Below are positions 1-9,552 of a stretch of 64,000 nt of DNA, one piece after another (the stretch's first letter is position 1; each line of letters starts with the position of its first letter). Made by a program: the position numbers and the translations under genes. A model generated the notes under the pieces. It was not told the DNA's origin, did no database searches, and saw only the letters and a program-made list of their open reading frames with translations. Source of the stretch: a virus (taxonomy: Duplodnaviria > Heunggongvirae > Uroviricota > Caudoviricetes); the IMG/VR virus record IMGVR_UViG_3300021400_002728, positions 293,154-357,153 of that record; one strand, written 5' to 3'.

Positions 1-115
1 TAGACCATTGCCCATCAGATAATAACTCATCTTCATCATGCTCTTCATTAGCATATTTCTTTACTAATGTCATAAGGCTCGGCATGAACTCCTCTATAAA
101 TTTTTCATCGAACAT
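1..115 (-). CDS. Hypothetical protein, 5' part only (MFDEKFIEEFMPSLMTLVKK...), runs off the left edge
   Basis: ATG at 115 preceded by GAAAGGA RBS and a consensus promoter at 139-167; open to the window edge. Confidence 0.7.
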   Translation of the reverse strand, partial: MFDEKFIEEFMPSLMTLVKKYANEEHDEDELLSDGQWS

Positions 116-138
116 TTAATTAATTTCCTTTCATTATT

Positions 139-167
139 ATTATAACATGATTTGCACAAAATGTAAA
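139..167 (-). promoter_or_regulatory. Sigma70/SigA-type promoter TTTACA-N17-TATAAT
   Basis: Exact hexamers, 17-bp spacer, TG extended -10; same architecture recurs 8 times in the window. Confidence 0.75.
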
Positions 168-230
168 TAGTTTCGAAGTATAGCTGACATCCTGCAAAAA
201 TTACAGAATGCCAGCTGTAGAAGGTAGACT

Positions 231-1247
231 TTATGAAAGTCTATTATCAGACATTTCGCACAGTTTATCATATACCAAATCCATAGACTGTACAATCTGT
301 GGATGTGGTGAACCTGTTGTTCCATGCTTTCTAAGATTGATGACATGCTGCCACTCAACTTCATTAGCTGTTATAATAATCTCAGTTTTTACACTAGTAG
401 GAAGTACATCTCTAGCAAACTGAGGCTTTACTTCAAGCTTAAGTAACTTAAAGTAATCGTACTCTGCTTTTTCACATGCATCTTTCCATGTTTTGAACTC
501 TTCAGAGTCTTCAGCAAATTCATTAGGACGAATGAAAGTAATTTCATTTCCAAACTTATCTTTAGAATAGTTACAGTATCTAGTACTCTCCTGAGCAAAA
601 CTGCAGAGTCTATGACGTACAAACTCATGGGTAATACCTCTATCACATACAAATAATACAGTATGAACGAGATGTCTCATGATAAGCTTATCTGCAATCG
701 CTTTATCCGTAAATGTATCATAAGCATATTTCTTAAACTGATCTCTACTAAGAACTTCAATCTTATTTCCAGTGAATTCAGCAGGGAATATAGTTACTTC
801 ACCAATATCATCAAATACTTCAGGATATTCTGCATTAAGCTTTTTATGTACAAGCTTAGATAAGTTACTACATGAAGCTAAGAACTTCTCATCAAATATA
901 CCAATAAAAGATCTAAATGATCCAGAAATTACAAAGTTAGAACCACAGTCAGAAATATTAATAAAATTCTTAAGAGGGAAATTAGTTCCGTCTATATCAA
1001 TATCATTGTTGTATACTGCCTGTGAAAATGGTACTGCTATTTCAGTAGGTACTAACATAATAACATGTGCATGCTCAAGCATTGCTGTGTGACCTGACTT
1101 TTTAAGCCCCTGAACAAACTTAACTGCGCTATCGTCAGTAATGTTGTTTTCAGACTTATAGCAAGTACGTCCGGCTTTCTCCATAAACTGATATGGAGTT
1201 AAACCGTTTGCATCTAAATAAGTAGAAGATGGTTCGATAATTCTCAT
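231..1247 (-). CDS. thyX: FAD-dependent thymidylate synthase ThyX
   Basis: RHRLCSFAQESTRY (RHRx7S signature), GHTAMLEH, AGRTCYKSE. Confidence 0.93.
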   Translation of the reverse strand: MRIIEPSSTYLDANGLTPYQFMEKAGRTCYKSENNITDDSAVKFVQGLKKSGHTAMLEHAHVIMLVPTEIAVPFSQAVYNNDIDIDGTNFPLKNFINISDCGSNFVISGSFRSFIGIFDEKFLASCSNLSKLVHKKLNAEYPEVFDDIGEVTIFPAEFTGNKIEVLSRDQFKKYAYDTFTDKAIADKLIMRHLVHTVLFVCDRGITHEFVRHRLCSFAQESTRYCNYSKDKFGNEITFIRPNEFAEDSEEFKTWKDACEKAEYDYFKLLKLEVKPQFARDVLPTSVKTEIIITANEVEWQHVINLRKHGTTGSPHPQIVQSMDLVYDKLCEMSDNRLS

Positions 1248-1266
1248 TTTTCTAATTTCCTTTCTA

Positions 1267-1626
1267 TTAATTTAACGCTTTATTTATAGCTTCTAATACG
1301 CGATCAGCTTGAAATGGTTTTACAATAAAATCTTTTGCACCAGATTGAATTGCTTCAATAACCATCATTTGCTGACCCATAGCAGAACACATAACAACCC
1401 TTGCATCTGGATCAACTGCTTTAATATTTTTCAGACCTTGCAGACCATCAATTTCTGGCATGGTTATATCCATAGTAACAAGATCTGGATTGACTTCTTT
1501 ATATTTTTCTAATGCCTCTCGACCATTTGTAGCCTCTCCAACAATTGTATGCCCATTTTTTACTAAAATATCTTTTAGCATCATTCGCATAAATGTTGCA
1601 TCGTCTACTATTAAAATTTTAGCCAT
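1267..1626 (-). CDS. cheY: Chemotaxis response regulator CheY (Firmicutes type), orphan
   Basis: ILIVDDATFMRMML...DLVTMDITMPEIDG...VMCSAMGQQ...AKDFIVKPF; stand-alone 119-aa receiver domain. Confidence 0.9.
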   Translation of the reverse strand: MAKILIVDDATFMRMMLKDILVKNGHTIVGEATNGREALEKYKEVNPDLVTMDITMPEIDGLQGLKNIKAVDPDARVVMCSAMGQQMMVIEAIQSGAKDFIVKPFQADRVLEAINKALN

Positions 1627-1645
1627 TACTCCACCTCGCTAAATA

Positions 1646-2080
1646 CTACTGTGCGATGTCTTTTTTATCATCATTCAATAAAAACTTTGGAATCCTATCT
1701 GGATTCTGCTCATAAAACTCTTTTCTGATTTTATTACATCTTTCATAGCTTGTACTATTAAATAGTTCATCTACATATTTAACTACTTCTTCGAAAGATA
1801 ACTTTTCAAAATACTCTGTGTTAGGTATACGATTCATATTATAATGTGTATGCAATGAAGTTTCAAGCGAATATAAATAAGTCATAGGACTAATCGCTAC
1901 TCTTAAAATTCGGTTTCCACCATTATTACTTCCAGATAAAGATCTGAACCTTTGAATAGGATTAGTCGTACGACCTATTTTAATATTTCCTTGTGGATAA
2001 TTCTGAAGTACATATATGTACAGTTGATTCTCATCTGCAACAGTTTCTCGTATATCTGAAAGATTCATATATACATTCAT
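1646..2080 (-). CDS. T5orf172-like GIY-YIG superfamily nuclease
   Basis: YIYVLQ...NIKIGRTTNPIQRF...LETSLH...EYF pattern. Confidence 0.7.
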   Translation of the reverse strand: MNVYMNLSDIRETVADENQLYIYVLQNYPQGNIKIGRTTNPIQRFRSLSGSNNGGNRILRVAISPMTYLYSLETSLHTHYNMNRIPNTEYFEKLSFEEVVKYVDELFNSTSYERCNKIRKEFYEQNPDRIPKFLLNDDKKDIAQ

Positions 2081-3723
2081 TTTATTTCCTTTTTATATTG
2101 CATTTTTATAGTACCACAGTCATATACTTGTAACCAGCCACATCTACGCATATTCTGAGATTCTGTTTCATTTGGGTTAAAATCAGATCCTAGCAATTTA
2201 GATAATTTATGTTTTTGTGCAGCTATACGATTAAGTGCTATATTACCTTTATAATATTTATATGATGGACCAGAGGTACTGATGATTGTAAAACCTAATG
2301 TTTTATAACCGTTTCCAGAAAATATAGCTCTATCTACATAAGATATAAGTTCAGTATATGGTTGATGTTTCATAAGTTTAGAGAACCCACCAATAACTTG
2401 AGTATTAAGTTTGGTACACATTCTAAGTAATTCTATTTCATTTTTCTTAAATCTAGAACTACCAATACATATTAACTGAACTAATTCATCATTATAGTAT
2501 AAACCTAATCTATAAGTAGATTTTACTTTTCCTTGTATATGATTGACATTTAAGAAATTGTCAGCTTCATTATGATCTACTTCTTGTATTTTACACTGTC
2601 TAGCATATATTTTAGTTTCATATTCACCTAATGCAGACAATATAATAGATTTACATATATCAGTTTTATTTATCCAGTCATAATCTGTAATATGAATCAG
2701 TCGTATACCAAGTTCTTCACATGCTATAGACTTATCTAAATGATAGTGTGACTCAGTACCAGCATTAGCTGAATGATACCAAATTCCATCTACTTCTATA
2801 GCTACTTTTATGTCTGGTAAATATACATCTAATTCTTTTGGATTAATAACTGATCTAGTATTTCTAATAATAGTTTTATTATAATGTTGTTTAACAAATG
2901 ATGCGATATTATTTTCTATAACTGACTTTCCAGTACTAGTAGGTTCATGTTTTAATATTTCATCTATATCAGAAATTTTAACATAGTATCTATCATTATA
3001 TAATAAAAGTCTATTATGAAATACTGAATCTTTTACACTATAACTTACATCTAATTCAGTTAATGGTATACATGCATTTTGACTACAGAATTCTTTACTT
3101 TTTAATTCTCTAGTTTCTTTTATTTTGGCTTGAGCTTTTTTAGACGCTCCGCCATTTTCACATCCATATCGTTCTAAGCATGTTTGCTTTATCTTATTTT
3201 TGCCATATTCTGATGCAAATATATTTTCACTACCATATTTTTCTACATTATTTTTCTTAATTTTATCTTGTATTTTTGTAGATGAAAATGGATTAATTGC
3301 ACCATATTTTCTTAGACAAGTTTCTTGTCGTTTTTTAACAGTAACTTCTGATGATATAGCATCTTTACACTTTTGTCGAGTCGAACTAAGTTGTAATATA
3401 GAAGCTACTCCATATTTTTTCATATTAGTTTCTCTTATTTTATCCATTTTTGCTTGACGCTTTTCATCAGTCATACTTGATTTAATTTTATCTTGCACAT
3501 CTGGATCTAAATTAGCACACTTAGATGAACAATATACTCTATATCCATCTATTGCACTTATAAAAGATGTAGGCTTTCCACATATTTTACATTTACCATC
3601 TGTATCAACTTTTATATATTGATCATAATAGTTTTTAGCTGTTATATTATGTGAATGTGTTAAGTGTGACGGTATGCCTAATTTATTTTTTAATTCTTTA
3701 CCACATATCTTACATATAATCAT
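2077..3723 (-). CDS. Free-standing putative homing endonuclease (C2H2/Cys-rich N-terminus, KYG-xx-N repeats, Vsr/PD-(D/E)xK-like nuclease, Hef-like C-terminal region)
   Basis: CKICGK...SHLTHSH, YCSSKC, repeated TCLxKYG units, ELDVYLPDIKVAIEVDGIWYHS. Confidence 0.75.
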   Translation of the reverse strand: MIICKICGKELKNKLGIPSHLTHSHNITAKNYYDQYIKVDTDGKCKICGKPTSFISAIDGYRVYCSSKCANLDPDVQDKIKSSMTDEKRQAKMDKIRETNMKKYGVASILQLSSTRQKCKDAISSEVTVKKRQETCLRKYGAINPFSSTKIQDKIKKNNVEKYGSENIFASEYGKNKIKQTCLERYGCENGGASKKAQAKIKETRELKSKEFCSQNACIPLTELDVSYSVKDSVFHNRLLLYNDRYYVKISDIDEILKHEPTSTGKSVIENNIASFVKQHYNKTIIRNTRSVINPKELDVYLPDIKVAIEVDGIWYHSANAGTESHYHLDKSIACEELGIRLIHITDYDWINKTDICKSIILSALGEYETKIYARQCKIQEVDHNEADNFLNVNHIQGKVKSTYRLGLYYNDELVQLICIGSSRFKKNEIELLRMCTKLNTQVIGGFSKLMKHQPYTELISYVDRAIFSGNGYKTLGFTIISTSGPSYKYYKGNIALNRIAAQKHKLSKLLGSDFNPNETESQNMRRCGWLQVYDCGTIKMQYKKEIK

Positions 3724-3747
3724 AATAAATTACTCCTTTCTATTATG

Positions 3748-3757
3748 ATTAAATAGC
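3748..3757 (-). promoter_or_regulatory. Recurrent GCTATTTAAT box abutting a -10-like hexamer (other intergenic copies: 6286-6295, 17660-17669, 21562-21571, 28402-28411, 39524-39533, 55241-55250)
   Basis: Identical 10-mer in 7 intergenic regions, same orientation, each followed by an AT-rich TATAAT-like sequence and then a gene. Confidence 0.6.
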
Positions 3758-3783
3758 CTTTAATACTATCTTAATATGCGGTA

Positions 3784-4575
3784 TTAATGAACTAATGTAT
3801 CATACATCATAACTGGTGTATTTTCTTCCATACATCCGGTACCACCGCAAATAAGTATACTGGTACTTGGTACAGTTTCATATAACTCGTCATTCTTATT
3901 TTGATCGTTAAGATACCAACCAATTGGACTGACTTTTTGCGTATTTGGATTAATCGTAAGTCCCATAGGAACGATATTCCAGAACTTATCATCATTAGGT
4001 GTAAATGAAGCTCTATTAGGAATAGGCTGTCTCTTTTTACACTCTACCATGATAACACCTTGGTCAATGAATGTTTTGATATAGTAGTAAGAATAATGAA
4101 TTGATTTATCTGACATTTCAGTAACAAATTCTTTCTTATCTACTTCCTTACCAGATCTATCATAATTGATATAGATATATCGACTATCATAGAAGATAAT
4201 TGAGGTACCCAAGCGTTTTTCAGCAATTTCATATACCCAATCATCAAAAGGTGCTTTTCTTAAAAATATCATTTTTACTAATATACCAAATGCTAAAATT
4301 ACTAATGAGATTACGACTAAACCAATACATATGTAAAGTCGATAAATCTTATTTGCAGTAATAGCTAAGAATATTGGATTCTGTGTCTTAACTGCTAAAA
4401 TTGCTGCACCAAAAGCAAGGGCAGCCATGACTAATCCGAAGATAGATAAAAATCTGCAAACCTTAAACATCTTATAGGCAATTTGATGTTTAGGTTGCAC
4501 ACCTTTTAGGACTTGGACGTCATCATGGGAATCAGCCATACTATCATGGACCTGTTTAGCTTCCTGTTGTGCCAT
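3784..4575 (-). CDS. N-terminal half of an FtsK/SpoIIIE/TcpA-like membrane ATPase fused to a 16-aa split-intein N-fragment
   Basis: Two TM helices, IVPMGL...PIGWYL...SILICGGTG (start of Walker A), then CMEENTPVMMYDTLVH-stop resembling intein block A. Confidence 0.75.
   Translation of the reverse strand: MAQQEAKQVHDSMADSHDDVQVLKGVQPKHQIAYKMFKVCRFLSIFGLVMAALAFGAAILAVKTQNPIFLAITANKIYRLYICIGLVVISLVILAFGILVKMIFLRKAPFDDWVYEIAEKRLGTSIIFYDSRYIYINYDRSGKEVDKKEFVTEMSDKSIHYSYYYIKTFIDQGVIMVECKKRQPIPNRASFTPNDDKFWNIVPMGLTINPNTQKVSPIGWYLNDQNKNDELYETVPSTSILICGGTGCMEENTPVMMYDTLVH
3787..3834 (-). mobile_element. Split intein N-fragment (Cys1, block A only)
   Basis: C-M-x-x-N-T-P-V-x-M-x-D matches intein block A pattern CLxxxTxVxxxD; begins mid P-loop (GGTG|C). 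Confidence 0.75.
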
Positions 4576-4611
4576 GTTCTTTATTTCCTTTCATTTTACT
4601 ATAATTTCCAT

Positions 4612-4977
4612 TCAATATACATCATCAACTATATGGAATACCTCTCCATCTATCATTTCGATATGTATTCGAACTGTAGTTTTAGTTGATTCTTCAAAAG
4701 ACTTAATAAACTTATCAAGAACCTTTCCATATACTGTACCAAATTTCTTTGGATCTGTAGTAGGATAACATTTACCCTTCAGCCTGCTACAATACTGATC
4801 AAATCTTTTATACCAATCAGTAGGTAGTTTTTCTACCTCTACTACATCATCTTCAAGATCATCAATACAGTCTTTGGCATCAGATTCATCAGCAGCAGAC
4901 ATAATGTAGTTACCACTTCCATCTCTAATTATACATCCATCTTCAGTTATCTGGATCTCATAACCATTGTACTGCAT
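4612..4977 (-). CDS. Hypothetical protein
   Basis: ORF with AAGGAG RBS in operon context. Confidence 0.65.
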   Translation of the reverse strand: MQYNGYEIQITEDGCIIRDGSGNYIMSAADESDAKDCIDDLEDDVVEVEKLPTDWYKRFDQYCSRLKGKCYPTTDPKKFGTVYGKVLDKFIKSFEESTKTTVRIHIEMIDGEVFHIVDDVY

Positions 4978-4991
4978 TTGTCTACTCCTTT

Positions 4992-5342
4992 CTATAGTTC
5001 ACCTTCATATATTCCTGCTTCTTTTAATTTGTTTAGCATTTCCCATTGTGCATGTGTCAAGGGTTTATCATCTGGTTTAGTAATAGCACCACTCCAAATA
5101 GATACACATCCAGACATATTACATAACCATGTAACGAAGTCGAAGTAGTAGTCCTCTGGACACATATCAGCTAACTCCGACCTCGAAACATGTAATTGAT
5201 CACAACATATAGCAATCAGTTTTTCCTGATGTGATGGTACGGCGTATTCCACTGTGCCGTCTGGGAACATAACTACTTCCAAATAGTGCACATAGTGTTG
5301 CTTATGCTGTTCAATATCAAATTTAGAATATAAATCGTACAT
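4992..5342 (-). CDS. Hypothetical protein
   Basis: ORF closely coupled to the SPFH gene. Confidence 0.65.
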   Translation of the reverse strand: MYDLYSKFDIEQHKQHYVHYLEVVMFPDGTVEYAVPSHQEKLIAICCDQLHVSRSELADMCPEDYYFDFVTWLCNMSGCVSIWSGAITKPDDKPLTHAQWEMLNKLKEAGIYEGEL

Positions 5343-5346
5343 TTAA

Positions 5347-6225
5347 TTATCCTTTTATACTTTCAATTACTCCTGCTAAAGATGCAATGTTTGAAGGAAT
5401 AACAATCTTCTCAGCTTTACCATCTGCAGCTTTCTCAAACGAATCAAGTGCCTTAAGCTGTACAAACTGATCTGCACTGATTCCAGCTTGTTTAAGCATA
5501 TTAAGACCATCAGCTTCAGCCTGCTTATGAAGTCTAATATTTGCTGCATGACCTTCAGCTTCAAGTTCAAGCTCTTTCTTAAGTGCTTCAGCTCTAAGTA
5601 CTCTAGCTTCCTTTTCACCTTCTGCTTCAAGAATAGCCGCTTTTTTCTGACCTTCGGCAATGAGGATCTGTTCTCTTCTTTCACGCTCGGCTTTCATCTG
5701 CTTTTCCATTGCATTCTGAATTTCTGCAGGTGGCATAATGTTCTTAACTTCTACTCTATTTACCTTAATTCCCCAAGGATCTGTAGCTTCATCAAGTACA
5801 CTCTGCATTTTAGCGTTAATAGTTTCTCTTGACGTAAGAGTCTCATCAAGTTCCATCTCACCAATAATATTTCTAAGTGTAGTTGCAGTTAATGATTCAA
5901 GTGCAAAGAAAGGATCTTCTACACCATAAGTAAACAGTCTAGCATTAACTACTTTATAGAATACAACTGTATCAATATGCATAGTTACATTATCTTTAGT
6001 AATAACTGGCTGAGGTGGATAATCACCAATCTGCTCTTTAAGTGAAACCTTTCTAACTACTCTATCTACGTAAGGTAAAATAAAATTTAACCCTGCAAGT
6101 TTAGTTGAACAATATTTTCCGAGACGCTCAACTACATATGCATGTTCCTGAGGAACGATTTTAATTGTAAATACAAGTAATGTGATGATTAAAGCCATCA
6201 ATAGAATAATAATGAATACTGGCAT
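5347..6225 (-). CDS. SPFH/band 7 (QmcA/stomatin-like) membrane protein
   Basis: N-terminal TM, VVERLGKY, QPVITKDNV, TTLRNIIG, WGIKVNRVE, AMEKQMKAERERR; start moved to ATG 6225 after GAGGAG. Confidence 0.92.
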   Translation of the reverse strand: MPVFIIILLMALIITLLVFTIKIVPQEHAYVVERLGKYCSTKLAGLNFILPYVDRVVRKVSLKEQIGDYPPQPVITKDNVTMHIDTVVFYKVVNARLFTYGVEDPFFALESLTATTLRNIIGEMELDETLTSRETINAKMQSVLDEATDPWGIKVNRVEVKNIMPPAEIQNAMEKQMKAERERREQILIAEGQKKAAILEAEGEKEARVLRAEALKKELELEAEGHAANIRLHKQAEADGLNMLKQAGISADQFVQLKALDSFEKAADGKAEKIVIPSNIASLAGVIESIKG

Positions 6226-6251
6226 AATTATTTCTCCTCTCAATAAAAAAT

Positions 6252-6277
6252 GGAGTGACTGTTTTTACAATCACTCC
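6252..6277 (-). terminator. Intrinsic terminator
   Basis: GGAGTGATTGT-AAAA-ACAGTCACTCC stem followed by ATTTTTT. Confidence 0.6.
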
Positions 6278-6297
6278 TCTTTTATATTAAATAGCTC

Positions 6298-8817
6298 TTA
6301 ATTTTTTGGTTTTACATTAAGGTTAAGCTTAATTCTAGGTTTTTCAACTGTAGAACCTTCATCAGGAACAGCTTCGATCTGAAGTTCAACCATATTACTA
6401 GTCTGCTCAGAAGTATTGTTTACTGTAGTATTAACTGCAGTATTCATCATATTCTGAATCTTTTCTTCAACGTTCTGAGGAATAGTCGGTGGAACTATCT
6501 CGGTAGGGAATACAAGATCTTCTTTAGTAATCATATACTTGTTAGCTTCATCACCATTGAAATTAGCTATATGCTGCTTAACTGAATTATTGAAAATTCC
6601 CTGAATATCTCTAATTCTGCACTGCCAATTTCCAAGATATTCCCAAACAGTATTTCTTGCTTCATCAGTAGTATTAAATCCCTTATTTATAGCAAGCATA
6701 TCAAAGATCTGAAGTAACTGACTATTATCATAAGTAGGGAATTCATATACTAATGTAAATAGATTCTTCATAGAATCGATTACGGGTGAAGCATAATCAC
6801 CAAGAACGATAGTTACATCAGTATTCTCATTGATAGCAGTATTGATTGCTGAAACTGCTTCACCAGAGAAGTTATCATTATTTTCAACTAACATATTATA
6901 GTTCTTAATATACAGTACACCGCCAGATGCATAAGAGATAATTGCTTGAGCTCTCTTAGCAGTATGTCCTACGAATGAACCTTTAAGAAGTTCTGCAGGA
7001 ATTTCGAGGTACTTATTCTCTGTGATGTAACCTAACTGGTAAAGATAACCAGTAAGGATCTTTGTAATAGAAGTCTTACCACAACCTTCATCACCAATAA
7101 GAAGTACTTTCTGATGAGTAATCTGATTGTAGAACTCTTTCTGACTTCTAAGAATATCGATCTCTTTCTTAAACGAATCAAGACCAATAAGACATGCAAG
7201 ATCTCTATCAGGATCTTCAGAACCAACCTTCATTCTAGGCTTAAGTTCTGACAATCTAATAATCTGCTCATCTAACTGATCTGCTGCTGAAGCATTCTTT
7301 AATTCATGCTGAAGTACTTTTCTACGAGCATCTGCATAAATCTGAATATCTTCAGAAGTAATAATCTGATTGTTATTACCTGTCTTGGTAACTCTATCTA
7401 CGTAGTTATCCATAATAGCATCAACTGCGTTACGAACTGTACGAGCATTACCAAAGGCTTTAGATTTCTTTTCAAGAGCAAATGCATCTTTAAGAAGTGG
7501 AATAGCTTCATCACTAAGTTTGTAAGAGTTCTTATTATAATCTTTAATGAAGTAATTGAAAATGTCAATCATTTCATCTTCGGTATAATCAGGGAAGTAG
7601 ATAGTATGCTTTACACGAGAAGTAAAACCTTCGTTAGTAGCAAACAATCTAGTCATCTGCTCTTCATAACCGGCTAAGATACAAACAAAATCTTTACGAT
7701 GATCTTCCATTGCTTTCAAAAGAACACCAATTACATCGAAGCCTCTCTTTTCCATAAGATATGCTTCATCGATGAATAGTACTCCACCGTATGCATATTC
7801 AATAATTGCCATTGCGCGGCTTGTATCACCTGCGCAAAGGTAATCACCAGAGATTTCTATATATTGATTATCTTTAATGTAACCTAAATCATAAAGGATC
7901 TTGGTAACGATACGAGCAACGGTTGTTTTACCAGTACCAGCAGAACCAAGGAATGCTAAGTGACAACCATTATTTGAATCTTTACCAAAGAACTTAATTC
8001 TATTCTTGAACTTCTCAATCTGATCTTTAACTGAATCAAGACCGATCATATCATGAAGTTCCTTATCAGAATCTTTTGCACCTTCAAATATCTTAGTATC
8101 AATGTCCTTAGGAAGGTATTCTGATCTCTTCTTATTAGGATTCTTTGCATCTACAATAGGTGTAGTTCCATTTTCTTCAGAATCTTCCATATTAAGGAAA
8201 GGACAATTACAAGGAAGATCAAACATTACTGAAACATAAGGAGTAGCATGACCTGCCTGTTTAAGATAATCATCTACGCAGTTAAGAATAATGTTTGGAT
8301 CAATGTTAGGTTTTGTAAAGTATACCATTGCGATAGTCTTCATTTTTTCAGAAGTTCTATACGTCATAGGAACAGTAGTCATAAAATCATTAAGATTAGT
8401 TTCGATCTTCTTAAGGGTTGATTTCTGTCCACGGTATACTAAGAACTTGAATAAGATTCCAAGACCTATACAAATTATAAAAGCAAGAATTGCAGGAAGT
8501 ATAGCACCTTTTGCACATGTTCCAAGTTCACCCTTAAGTGCGTGTACAAATCCGAGTTTAATCATATTTCCAATAAGTGCAACTATCCATGCAAAAACAG
8601 ATAACACTAATGATATACCGATAGTTTTAGGTAAACTTCTCAGTACACCACCAATGAATTTTTCCTTATTATAACAACCAGTCATAAATGGAGTGTCATA
8701 ATCTGGAACTATTTTTAAGTTTTTGTAAAAGGCAGTTAACTGCTTCTCATATTTTTCAACAACCTTAGATTGTTCATCTAATGCAGTAAACCAGTCTTTT
8801 CGACTTCGTATTTCCAT
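6298..8817 (-). CDS. Membrane-anchored tandem AAA+ ATPase, CbbX/SpoVK-like
   Basis: Two TM helices; MIGLDSVK, GSAGTGKTT, GGVLFIDEAY, ILAGY, FGNARTVRN; second degenerate AAA module GDEGCGKT with Walker B lost (VLYIKN). Confidence 0.85.
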   Translation of the reverse strand: MEIRSRKDWFTALDEQSKVVEKYEKQLTAFYKNLKIVPDYDTPFMTGCYNKEKFIGGVLRSLPKTIGISLVLSVFAWIVALIGNMIKLGFVHALKGELGTCAKGAILPAILAFIICIGLGILFKFLVYRGQKSTLKKIETNLNDFMTTVPMTYRTSEKMKTIAMVYFTKPNIDPNIILNCVDDYLKQAGHATPYVSVMFDLPCNCPFLNMEDSEENGTTPIVDAKNPNKKRSEYLPKDIDTKIFEGAKDSDKELHDMIGLDSVKDQIEKFKNRIKFFGKDSNNGCHLAFLGSAGTGKTTVARIVTKILYDLGYIKDNQYIEISGDYLCAGDTSRAMAIIEYAYGGVLFIDEAYLMEKRGFDVIGVLLKAMEDHRKDFVCILAGYEEQMTRLFATNEGFTSRVKHTIYFPDYTEDEMIDIFNYFIKDYNKNSYKLSDEAIPLLKDAFALEKKSKAFGNARTVRNAVDAIMDNYVDRVTKTGNNNQIITSEDIQIYADARRKVLQHELKNASAADQLDEQIIRLSELKPRMKVGSEDPDRDLACLIGLDSFKKEIDILRSQKEFYNQITHQKVLLIGDEGCGKTSITKILTGYLYQLGYITENKYLEIPAELLKGSFVGHTAKRAQAIISYASGGVLYIKNYNMLVENNDNFSGEAVSAINTAINENTDVTIVLGDYASPVIDSMKNLFTLVYEFPTYDNSQLLQIFDMLAINKGFNTTDEARNTVWEYLGNWQCRIRDIQGIFNNSVKQHIANFNGDEANKYMITKEDLVFPTEIVPPTIPQNVEEKIQNMMNTAVNTTVNNTSEQTSNMVELQIEAVPDEGSTVEKPRIKLNLNVKPKN

Positions 8818-8864
8818 AATTTACCTCCAAATACAAAGACAATGCTAGTTTATTCTTATTATTT

Positions 8865-8893
8865 ATTATAACAAGAAAAACTAGCATTGTAAA
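8865..8893 (-). promoter_or_regulatory. Promoter TTTACA-N17-TATAAT overlapped by an inverted repeat (8839-8890)
   Basis: Exact hexamers, 17-bp spacer. Confidence 0.75.
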
Positions 8894-8922
8894 TAGTTTT
8901 TTCAATTATTTTTTATTATTTT

Positions 8923-9534
8923 TCAATTATTTTTTACTATATTTATCTGCTCATCATCTTTTAGACCGTATCTATCTCTAAGAGCCTTTTCTACATTGCT
9001 AGTATTATTAAATAGCTCGTATACTTCACTATCAAGCATGTGATCCCAATAGTCATCATCATTAGTTTCAACATGAATTTCAGTCAACTGGCCGAAGAAG
9101 TATGCCGCAAATGTATCTACCTTAATTGCATCTTTTACAAATACAATTTCTACCCAATCACTTTGATTATATCCACGCGCAGTATTCTGTTCTAAATCAA
9201 GACCGGGATTGATGATCTGCGCAACTTCTACAATAAATTCAGTATCATCACTATATCTACAGTTCTGATATGCCTTATAAACTCTTTCAAGCTGATCTTT
9301 GGTGTAGCTATCTTCATATTGCATAAGATCGTCAACATCCCAATCATAATTATCTAAGTCTGCAATAAGTTCTTTAGCTTTATTCCACCAAGATGCTTCT
9401 TCTATAGAAGAATATTCACGGTTTCCAATAACTACGACTTTCTCATCAAAGTCTTCACATACATATTCTTTCCATTCATCATGATTATATAAGAAGCTAA
9501 GATCTCCAGCTCCATCAAATGTAATTGTTGCCAT
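8923..9534 (-). CDS. Hypothetical acidic protein
   Basis: AAGGAGG RBS, 203-aa ORF. Confidence 0.7.
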   Translation of the reverse strand: MATITFDGAGDLSFLYNHDEWKEYVCEDFDEKVVVIGNREYSSIEEASWWNKAKELIADLDNYDWDVDDLMQYEDSYTKDQLERVYKAYQNCRYSDDTEFIVEVAQIINPGLDLEQNTARGYNQSDWVEIVFVKDAIKVDTFAAYFFGQLTEIHVETNDDDYWDHMLDSEVYELFNNTSNVEKALRDRYGLKDDEQINIVKNN

Positions 9535-9552
9535 GACGATTCCTCCTTAATT

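Noticed and set aside
8923-9534. Gene after the intein core as the missing IntC/C-extein
   Set aside because: No HN/Q followed by S/T/C near its N-terminus and no SGKS or Walker B motif
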